From Octopus vulgaris (Eukaryota), in assembly GCA_951406725.2 (NCBI GenBank), contig OX597815.1, forward strand, positions 150,226,001 through 150,290,000: a DNA stretch of 64,000 bases, in the 5' to 3' direction. Below the pieces are notes generated by a model. That model was not told where the DNA came from, did not search any database, and worked only from the letters and a program-made list of their open reading frames with translations. Made by a program: the position numbers and the translations under genes. Of the stretch, positions 53,511 through 64,000 are shown one piece after another (position 1 is the first letter of the stretch; each line of letters starts with the position of its first letter).

Positions 53511-53819
53511 GACTTCGATATTTGTGCTTATTTTATCGATGTTGGAATGAGAAAAAGTAAAAGTGATCGCGCTGGGATTTGAACGCAAAACGTAAAGAAT
53601 CATAAATATATGCCGCGATGCAGCTTTTCCGATGCTCAAAAGCAATGCTTCTCAGACTATTTTGATTTTCCCCTTTTTCTTTTACCAACACTTTTTGAAT
53701 GTTAATATTTTAAAGTGATCGATCTCAGTTCAAAGTCCGCCGAAATCAACTTTGCCTTTCCTCCACTGGGGTCTATGTATCGACTTAATCTCTTTGTTTG
53801 TTCTTGTTTGACCTCTCTA

Positions 53820-55034
53820 CAGGGGTTGGACAAAAAAATAGAAACACCGAGCATCATAGAATCATAATTTTGAAATATCTATAAAACCGTCATAAGCTTG
53901 TCTATTCTTATGTTTTTTTGGTTTAATATTAGTGTTGCTTAATATGGTTTGCTAAAATTGCTCTTTCTTTGCAGATATCATCTGAAGAAGGTAATTGAAA
54001 TTCATTAAAATGACAAATCTATCGGTCTTTCAAAGAGTACAAATTGCAGGCGCTAGCGTAACGGAAACAGCCGAAGTGTTTGGCGTATCAAGATGTACTG
54101 TCTCGAAAGTAATGACAGCCTTTGAGAAAGAAGGAAAAACCTCCTCGTCGAAACAAAACCCCAGAAGAAAACCAGAACTTTCAGATGGAGACCGTCGGAC
54201 TCTTATCCGAATTGTTAGAAAGGATCACAAAAGTACAGCTCCCCAAATTACTGCAGGGCTTAATGACCACCTAAAACTGTTCTCCGGGAGCTGAACAAAG
54301 CCGGATTTCACGAGAGAGCTTCTTTCAGAAAACCACTACTTTCAAATACAAATGTTACAATGCGTTTAGAGTGGAGTAAAAAGCTACATAATTGGTCCCT
54401 AGAGCAGTGGAAGAATGTTATATTCTCGGAGAGTCATCCTTTACCTTATTTCCGACCACCGGCCCAGCATACATGTGGATACAGTTAAAAGAAACATTTG
54501 GCCCAGACTACTTTCTTCCAACTGTTAAACATGAAGGAGGATCTGTGATGATCGGTGGGGAGTGCTATATCTTGGAAATCTGCCAGCCCAATGGTTTTCT
54601 TTCATGGAAGAATTAATAGTCAAGTCTATTTAAGCATTTTATCTCATCAAATTCATCCTGTGGTTGCGGAACTGTTTCCGGAGGGAAACGTAATCTTTCA
54701 GGATGATAATGTACCAATTCACACAGCTTAAGTTGCTACTGAATGGGGAACGAGGAACATTCTAGTGAAGTTGAACATCGTTTCTGGTCAATACAGTCCC
54801 CATATCTCAATATTATTGTACAGTTATGGTACATTTTAGAAAGACAAGGAGTCGATATCCTCGACCATCATCGCTACAAGAACTGGTCACGAATTCCTTT
54901 GGAAACAATTCAAACGTTGTACGAGTCCATACCTCGTAGAATTCAAGCTGCAATTACTGACAAAGGCGGTCATACTCCATATTAAAATAAATTTGTTTGA
55001 GATTTTAGGTGTTCCATTATTTGTCCAACCTCAG
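53820..55034 (+). mobile_element. Full-length Tc1-family transposon with TA TSD, inserted in a SINE tail
   Basis: TA|caggggttggacaaaaaaatagaaacacc ... ggtgttccattatttgtccaacctcag|TA. Confidence 0.92.
54010..54985 (+). pseudogene. Tc1 transposase (DD34E type), frameshifted
   Basis: HTH region AEVFGVSRCTVSK; WKNVIFSGESSF, PTVKHEGGSVM, FQDDNVPIHT, SPYLNIIVQLW, LYESIPRRIQAAITDKGGHTPY; first D and the E are mutated. Confidence 0.9.
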
Positions 55035-58000
55035 TATGTTTGTGGGCAATAAAGAAATAAATATTCTAAAGTGATTTCACCCTTTCGGAATTGATAAAAT
55101 ATGTACCACTTGATCGCTGGGGTCGATGTAATCGACCAGCCCCGTCCCTCGAACTCGCTGGACGTATATCAAAATTTGAAACCGATATTTTAAGCTGGTT
55201 CAAGGTAACGAGCTGGCAAACTTGTTACGGCCGCATTTCATCCGTCTTTACGGTCTGATTTCAAATTCCACCGAGGCCAGCTTTGTCTTTCATCCTTTCG
55301 GGATCGATAAATTAAGTACCAGTTGATCACTGGGGATCGATGTAATCCATTTATCCCCCACTTGCTGGTCTTGTACCAAAATTTTAATTCAATTTTCTTT
55401 GATAATTCACACAAAGAATGCAAACGTTTTAAAAATTAAATGCGATCTATCATGCCACTACCGGCTCTGTTGTCTCCAGTAACCGTATAAAATTTTACCC
55501 AGAAAACCCCCTCTCATTCCAGAGGACGGTACCGCTTATTTTCTTAGGTACTGTTCTAATGATTTTATCGACTCATCGAAAGTTTATTATCTGTATGAAA
55601 ACTCCAACCTAATGCTTGTTTCAAATTTTGGCACAAGAGCAGCAATTTCGTGCGAGTGATTCAGTCGATTACATCGACTCCAGTCTGCAATTGGCACTTA
55701 TTTTATCGATCCCAATGTTCAACTTGGAAGAGTTTGAACTCAGAACACAAAGACAGACAAATTGCTGTTAAGTATACTGCCCGACGCGCTACCGATTCTG
55801 CCAGCTCAGCGTCTTGTTACAGTCTAACGAATCGACAGAATTTACTAAATGCCCATAAGTCATCTATACTAACCATAGAAGCTTGATTGTATACTGGATC
55901 GTTGACATTTATACTTCCTATAATTTAGATTAACATACCCGCAAGTGTATTATTTTTTAAAGTAACACGCTATCTTGTATCAGAATACATAAAAATGTGT
56001 GTTTTATTATAGAAAGATGTACAATATCTTATATATTCGGTGATGTAAAAGCATTATAAAATTACTTTTATTTTTCTGTCTGCTTGTCAATTGTTTGATA
56101 AAACTTTCCCCTTCATAGAAAATATCAATAAAAAGATTGCATTAAATTGTATCTTACCTATATACCTTTACTGAACCTATTAACCACGAGATGAATTACC
56201 GCAATAAAACAATATTTATAGTTTATTACAAAACACAGCAATATAGTCGGGTTTTTTTTTACTTAAGAAAGTAATATAAATGACTGTTGCAAACCAACGA
56301 GGAACATCTAATTGGTCTGGCATGACTTGCTAGAAAAAAAACAGTAAATCTCTCTCTAAAATAATGATTTCAAATTTTGGCACAAGGTCAGCAACTCCGA
56401 TGAGGAGTAAATGAATTACATCGACCCCAGTGCTCAACTGGTATTTATCTTATTGACCTTGGAAGGCAATGTCAACCACTGCACAATTTGAACTAACGAA
56501 ATGCTGTTAAGCATTTTTGGCCGTTTTGCTAAAAATTCTGCCATCTCGCCGCCTTGAAAATCTTTATAAAATAATAACACTTTGTTTGAAAAGCTACATT
56601 TAATATTCTCTTACGAAATATTTCTGACTTCGAAGCCAACTCCCTGGATACAAGCTTTAGGAATTCAGCCAACAGAATCTTCCAGAGCTGGTGTATGGGA
56701 TGAAATGCTGAAGTTTCAAGATCAGAAAATGCCCTCTGACATTTGTATATTCGGAACAAATGTCAGTCAGAATTAAACCATTGAAATTCTCTTGGAGAGG
56801 TAAATAATGAATGAAGTCATTGTTCGGGAACGCATTTGTTAAAATGAAAGTAAGTAGAATTCATAAACTGACGGACGCAATGGATTAGATTGTTGTCGAT
56901 ATAAGATATGTGAATGATATTAACGAAAATATAAGGTCATATATGTGAGGTTTTCGACAGAGATCAGCCTGAAGTATTGTGGCTGACCTGAACAACAGCA
57001 ACGAGTAACGACTATAACGAGATAAAGAATCAAGACTGAAAATATTTCCAAATGTTTTACTAAAGACACAAGAAATTAAAGCAGAAACGAAACACAAGTT
57101 TCAAACTGAAATATATTGATGCCACACATACACACACACACAGCGTTGTCCTCAATCTTATCTAGGAAAATATAAAAACATGAATATATTAATATTCAAT
57201 GTTTTTATATTTATATTATGTTATCATCAGATTGTCTTTCATCATTGCATTATCTTTTATTGTTTCCAAACAGAATTTAAATTCTTTCCTAATTGTCTAC
57301 TTAATATCGCAATGCAAATTACCAAAATACTTTAAAGAAAAGAATGAATATAATTTGCTTTTCTTTTAAAATATGAGTTCTTCTCTCTAATTCATAATGA
57401 GAGACTATTACTGAACAGAATGAAAAATTACACAAAAAATCTATCTGCATTTTATGGATACTCTAATGTGCATTTTATAAATAATGACAAAATGTTAAAC
57501 TAGGTGAATTCGAAATTACAAACGCCAACTAAAAATGTCTTACTTTTAAGGAGATACCTGACGAACTTCTTATGTATTTTCTTTTCAGTGAGTTCTTTCC
57601 TGAAAACTGACCCTAAAAATTTCGAATAATATACATCAAGTGACATGGTGGAAACCTGATTCATCAATGCTTCACAGCATATGCCGGGGCCGGGAGGTTT
57701 TGGACATTTAAACGTTGGTGACGTGTACTAAATATGTACATTCTCATGTTAAGGGTTTTTCATCTCACAGTCAGAAAATTAAAGTTTCGATATCTGGAAA
57801 GGATGACGCGTTGTGTCCTTGAGCAAGACATTTCATTTCACGTTCCTTCCTGCTTCTCAGTTCAAGCTGAGACCGAGATGAATTCGAGAACAAACCTTCT
57901 CTCCTTACAGCTGCCACACAGTCAATGTTTAGCTGAGTCAAGTGGTGCGAGTGCCGAAACTGTCTGCCGGCGGCTTCCATAAATACATTTTGCGGTTAAA

Positions 58001-58439
58001 CCAATTAGCGAAGCCATGTACATTCTCCCAAATCATAAACGCTTGGAAATGGCTGCTATGATTTGGTTCATACAGCATGAATAAATTCTCATATGATTTT
58101 TGACACATACATTAAAGAGATGCGACATCATGCATGCATTTGGTCTCTTTAAGTTGATGAGAATCCACTTTGCAATAATCAATAGTGAAGGGAAAAATTC
58201 CTGCTTTCCTCTAATTAACATTTTATAAAGAGAATGAGAAGCAGAATTATAAATTTATACAATATGCTGCTTAAAAATCATACCTTACCAAGTATTACGA
58301 GTTACCGATGATGAATACTGGATCATTCGTCAAGAAAGAAACGGGTGATATGTTCCTCTCAACTATTACTATATTATCTTTAAAAAAACATAAAGTAAAG
58401 CGACTTTTAGTAATATAGTCCATGATATATCGTAAAGCT

Positions 58440-58652
58440 AAGGCAGCGAGCTGGCAGAAGCGTTACCACGACGGACAAAATTCTTAGCCGCATTTCTTCT
58501 GTCTTTATGTTCTGAGTTCAAATTCCGCCGAGGTCTACTTTGCTTTTCATCCTTTCGGGATCGGTAAATTAAATATCAGTTGCGTACTGCGGTCGAGCTA
58601 ATCGACTGGACCCCTCCCCCAACAATTCGGGCCTTGCGCCTAGAGTAGAAAA
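58440..58652 (+). mobile_element. SINE family A (tail-A) monomer with 14-bp TSD
   Basis: gatatatcgtaaag (58424) and gatatatcgtcaag (58653). Confidence 0.9.
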
Positions 58653-58814
58653 GATATATCGTCAAGAAATTAAAGAAGAAATCTATTATTGAAACACGTT
58701 GATCATTGGCCTTCTTGATCACAACTGACCTGACACCAAACAACTACCATACTTCTCCATAGGCAACTAGGCGGGGTACGGAATCTGTTGGGAAGGTGTG
58801 TTGTGAATAGCAGT

Positions 58815-59112
58815 TGGAGGTAGTCTGCTTAGTAGTTAATGTATTCGGCTCATGGTAGTAAGGTCGTTAGTTCAATTCCCAGCACCACGTTGTCCTTCAG
58901 TAAGTCCCTTTAAGTTGCTCCAGTTCATTCAGCTAGTTAAAAAAGAATAGTGCTTGTATTTCAAAGGGTCGAGCATGTTACATTCTGTGTGACGCTGAAT
59001 CTCCCTGAGAACTCCATTAAGCGTATACATGTCTTTAGTGTACTCAGCCACTCATACGTTTATTTCATGAGCCAGCTGTTACGTTGGCGGGATCGAATAG
59101 AACCGACGGAGA
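58815..59112 (+). mobile_element. SINE family C copy
   Basis: tRNA-like head with agttcaattccc B box; segments shared with about 17865-17920 (minus), 24752 and 63895-63990 (minus). Confidence 0.7.
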
Positions 59113-59947
59113 GCGTTTTAGAGATGTCTATTGTTGACAAAATATGCGCCTTATATTCAGAGGTAAATTCAGATCCACTCTTGAGATTTTTTTAACAGTG
59201 ACAAAATAAGGGACAAAATACGTGGTTACTCAATTAATCTGCTTAATATAGCAGTAAAATTATCCACAAAATATATACTGTAGACTTTAAAATGAAGGAC
59301 ACATTAGAAAATAGTTCAATCCAACTCAATGGAATTGTCCTAGCTGGAAGCTTCAACTCCCTTGTTCATCCGCCTACTCGATTGAAGTAGACCAGGGGCT
59401 AAATAACAATAACTCTGGAATACATGATTGCTATGTGCACAGATGAGGGTGCTAAAGGATTGGTAAGGTCACGATATAAGTGCTCTCATATTACCGCTCC
59501 CGTGAGACCGGTAGACAGACAGAGACAAAAGCGGAAAGAAATCGAAGAAATGAAAGGGAAAATTGACCTAGACGGATTACAACTGGTATCATAAAACACG
59601 AATAAAATATTCTCTAGTTATTGTATACCTTCATTCTCATAACTCTGTCAATTCATCACTTTCAGTGTGTGACATCTATAGACGAAATTTTAGTAATCCT
59701 CCTACAGTTTAATAGCTTAACAGTATTAGCACCTATCTTCGTTACCATTTCAAAACCGTCTTAAGGCGAGATGCGAGTGCAAATATAAAAAAAAAACATA
59801 TTGGAGACCTTGCGTCACAGATGTCACACGTAAACAATTTGAAATGAAATTTAGATAGAATACAACCAATTGAATGATGAAACCTTTAACCAACATAAGC
59901 ATGCTATAACTAAACCACTCATGCATATAACCTTTCTTTCATTCTCT

Positions 59948-60000
<53 letters not shown>

Positions 60001-61007
60001 GTCTTCTCTTGCACAATTCTACTAATATTGTTGCTTCTCGAGCTTAGAGAGATGTACAACCTCCCAATGTATCTATCCCTCTTTCTCTTCGCAACCGTAT
60101 TGCATCCAAATTTGTTTTCTATCTGCTAACCATTTTGCTCATGACACTACCAGATTTCACAGACATTGTCAAAGCTTCTTCTAAATGCATTATACGGAAA
60201 ACATCACCTTCAATACAATGTCATTTACAACATCAAACTATACAAATCCGAAGAGGACAAACGTTAACATTTCGGATTGAATTTCAAAGAAGAATGTTAA
60301 TTGAGAGCAGAGATAAAGGTCCATATTATTGCCATATCTATAAACCAAAATACCATTTCTACTGAATAAAAGAAACGACAATTCTCAAAGTTTGGACTCA
60401 AGGGATTTTACTCGTAATTTATCGAATGACCTTATTCTTGTAGACAAATATACCAAATATGTACTTTCAAATCGCTGTGATTTCGTATTTTTCTTTTAGA
60501 CTGTATTGTAATATTCGTTCCAAATTTTGGCACAAGGTCAATAATTTTGGTGGAGAAGGGTTAACTCGATTACTTCAACCCCAGTACAGTTCTATATTTA
60601 AGAGGTAAGGAATTATGTACATTATTTAGATTATTTACATTATTTACTTTTGACGTTTATTTCTCCTCATCTTGTTTGTTGTTAACACAATGTTTTGACT
60701 GCTACTTCTGCTATTGTGGTGCCTTGTTGGTACACTTCATTTCAATTATATCTATATTATTATATACTTACAATAATTATTACCTATCTGAATTTTCCAT
60801 GCAGGCCACTAGATATAATCGTATGTTAAATAATCGTCTTATCCATTTTTATATAAAATATGTATATTCCCTCCGTATCATCATGTTTACTGCGGTGATA
60901 TTTTGACCATATGGCACATGGCGTAAGACGGGCAAATGAATTAGTCTGGTATATACGTGCACATATATGTATGTATACGTGCTCATATGTAAGTATTCGT
61001 ATGCTGT

Positions 61008-61834
61008 ATATATATATATATAAACGGCAGTTTGTCTGTCTGTGTGTCTGTCAGGTTGTACCCTCACCCTGACCACGGCTTTCAACCGATTCTGATGAAA
61101 CTTGACACACACATAGCCCAATGTCATAATTCAAAACTAACGCAGCGAAAATTTTGAAAAGATCCCCCAGTTCTGAAAAAAATTGATAAATTCGACATGA
61201 GGTCGAGAATCTAAGCTTCTTATATGCAACACATTTTCTGTTGTAGTTTTCGCAACTTGCAATCGACTTTCACCAAACTCATGGTGAAGCTTAATGTTAC
61301 CATAAGAAACTTAATTCTGACGTTAGTTTTCCATGCAATACCTTACCATCAGAAAAAATAGATAAAATCATGCCATTTTGGGAAATCGCGTTCAAATTCA
61401 AGATGACATATTTTCGACAATATCTTTCACAAATTGGCAGGATTTTTTTTTATTCACAGCGAGCATCATGTCTGCTCCAAGGAGCTATATGACCCTTTTT
61501 ATTCCAATAGGATACTTTATTACTGGAAAAAATCGGTTAATTAAATCATATGTGGCACACATAGCAAACCGATTTGTGTATTAAACACAAACCACAGACT
61601 GTCTAGGGGAAGCAACTCGACCTTTTTAACTCTCTTGGGAGGCGCAATGATTTTTATGTTTTCGCCCAAAGGGACAGATAGGACCATCGTATACACAGAA
61701 GTATTCGAGTGAAGAGAAGACATTGCAACCTACACATACGCCTTCGTTCCATAGGGGGAAAGGACTAGATTGGGATTAGTCGTTGCCTACTAGGTGTTCT
61801 TACATACCCGGACAACGCCGGGCTATGCTGCTAG
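61008..61834 (+). mobile_element. Non-autonomous Helitron
   Basis: 5' tatatatataaacggcagtttgtctgtc; helicase C-terminal remnant TIVYTEVFE* near 61684-61713; 3' hairpin cccgg-acaacg-ccggg followed by CTAG|T. Confidence 0.8.
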
Positions 61835-61846
61835 TATATATATATC

Positions 61847-62424
61847 AGGCAAGGAAGAAAATGGTGAAGAGATTCAATTGACAAACATCAGCAAGATCAA
61901 TTTATTGAATTCGTAGGAATAAATGAATAAATAAATGGATACAATTTACACTCTTGCAGCTTTTTCTACTTTAGAAGGCCAGTATGCCAAAGATGATATA
62001 TCATACAAAAACTGAACCCCAAAGCTTCATCAGAGAGTCACTAAGTCGAACATGGTAAGAAGTAATAAAGTCCAAGGTTATATCCAGTCTTACTAACTCT
62101 TGGATGAAGCTTTGGTTTCAATTTCTGTATGACATGTCATCTTTAGCATACTGGACCCCCAAAGTCGAAACAGCTGTAAGAGTGGAGTTGTATTTATTTA
62201 TTTATTTTTCCTATGATTATAATAAATAAATCTTACTGATGTTTGTCAATTGAATCCCTTCTTTCTTGCCTTATGAATTCTGGATAAACGTTTGTTTCCC
62301 TCCACTTACACATATCATTCCATTGCACTATTGCTTTACAATAGTAAGTTTTTGGATGTAAATAGGAATCTCTCCAGTAGTATATTGATATTTATTATCC
62401 CTTAGTTGGTTACCTAACCTCTAA

Positions 62425-62428
<4 letters not shown>
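61847..62428. mobile_element. ORF-less palindromic element of two head-to-head HHR-bearing arms, between (TA)n tracts
   Basis: Arms 61847-62046 and 62088-62271; HHRs at 61950-62038 (minus) and 62096-62183 (plus); unpaired extension to (TA)n at about 62430. Confidence 0.85.
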
Positions 62429-62485
<57 letters not shown>

Positions 62486-62527
62486 ATCTGTGTGTGTGTG
62501 TGTTTAATTATCTACTAATTTTGCTGT

Positions 62528-62585
62528 ACTTCCACTGATGAAGGCAAAGTATTTTATCACCAGCCTGAAATCCTCGATATGAAGT
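62528..62585 (+). ncRNA. Type I hammerhead ribozyme motif, intact core
   Basis: acttcca-CTGATGA-aggc...gcct-GAAA-tc-ctc-ga-TA-tgaagt: all three stems can pair; lies in about 300 bp between two microsatellites. Confidence 0.75.
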
Positions 62586-62805
62586 TAACCATTCAATTTT
62601 TGCTAATTTCTGTGTTCTTTTATATTATCATTCGTGCTATATGAATACATGATGTGGTTCTATAGTCAGTTTTGACTGCAATTTCTGGAATGGTGGCGCT
62701 GCTTCGGAACCCTTAATTATAATTATATTTATATTATTATATACCTATAGTAATTATTAAACTACACGGAATTTTCCACTTAATATGGTCGTATTCTAAA
62801 CCCTT

Positions 62806-62864
<59 letters not shown>

Positions 62865-63015
62865 TGTGTGTATGTATGTATATATATATATGTATATATG
62901 AACATGTATCTATATATATATGTATATATGTACATATATATATATATATATGTATATATATGTGTGTGTGTATATATATATATATGTATGTATATATATA
63001 TATATATGTATGTAC
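62806..63015. repeat. Compound (TA)n/(TG)n microsatellite
   Basis: Direct inspection. Confidence 0.95.
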
Positions 63016-64000
63016 TATGAATGTTTGCATATATATGCCATTACATTCATCTCTCTAAGGCGGTGAGTTGGCAGGAGCGTTGACACTGGACAAGAGGCTT
63101 AGCGGCAATTGCTCTAGTTTTCTGTTCTCAGTTCAAATTCACCCTATATCCCTCTCATCGTCTCGGCATCGATAAAACGAAAACTAGTTTAGCACTGGAT
63201 TCAATGATATTGCAAAGACGTTCGTCCCTCATACTTCCACGCTTTGAGCTGGCCACCTACAGCTTTTCAAATAGAAATATATTGATTTCTGTCATCGGTA
63301 AATAGGTTCCAATTTGTCGGAATTAGAGATTAAACGATTAAATGATTCCTATTATTTCACTACTACCTCTTTTATTGGAGTTAGAAGTAAAAAAAATTAA
63401 ATAAAATAAAAAGAAGTAGGTTTCGATTTCACGTGCCGTAGTGAAATATTCACAAAGCATTTTGTGCAAAGCATTACGGATTCTAGTAAATCCATTGCTG
63501 TTGCAAATTCCGTTTCTATATTGTTTTTATATTTAGTTATTTAGGTTTTGTTACTCTTATGGTAGCTATGATGAATCATTCATTAATTTTAGTGCTGTTC
63601 TTCAGTCTCAGGTTTTTGTCCAACCACTCGCTGTTGTTTCTTTCTTCCCAAATTGACCTGATTAATTATCAAAGAAGGCTGCCTATCCAGATATCTTTTA
63701 TATAAGAATACATTAAAAAGAGTCAAGCGTTAACTAGTATACTTTCATGATTTTTCTCTCTCTTTTTTCATATTTGTCTATAAGTATACTGCTCGATTTC
63801 CCACATTTTATCCAGTGGCACATCCAGGATGGGGTCTCTGGAGAAGGGGAGAGAAATAGAGAGAGAGAGAGAGGAGGAAGAGAGACATAATTGTACCAGC
63901 ACTCGGGTCGCACCTATTTTTAGCTGAATAAACTGGAGCAACGTAGAGCAAGGTGCTTCAAAGAGAGACACAACACACATTCTGTCCAATAAATTGAACC

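Noticed and set aside
56600-56805. Candidate plus-strand exon ending GAG|GTAAAT
   Set aside because: Stops in all three frames and no recognisable product

Overview
AT-rich, repeat-saturated eukaryotic non-coding DNA. From memory, the SINE families look like those of Octopus (inference; not checked against a database). No intact host gene is evident, and almost all ORFs in the supplied track are microsatellite artefacts. Contents: (1) a near full-length, decayed L1/Tx1-type LINE (36083-40660, minus strand) inserted in a SINE head; (2) three tRNA-like SINE families in dozens of copies, including SINE dimers bounded by 15-bp target-site duplications (TSDs) and a tail variant resembling the LINE 3' end; (3) decayed DNA transposons (Tc1, mariner, DD37D-like, Chapaev, hAT, Helitron, Tigger-like MITEs) and an R4/Dong-like fragment; (4) Penelope-like remnants. 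The most striking pattern is about a dozen hammerhead-ribozyme (HHR) motifs, nearly all next to (TA)n or (GATA)n tracts. Several sit in small ORF-less palindromes made of two head-to-head arms (14630-14824, 61847-62271, 617-921), which suggests a family of minimal, microsatellite-associated, ribozyme-bearing non-autonomous retroelements. All motifs were aligned by eye and coordinates are approximate.
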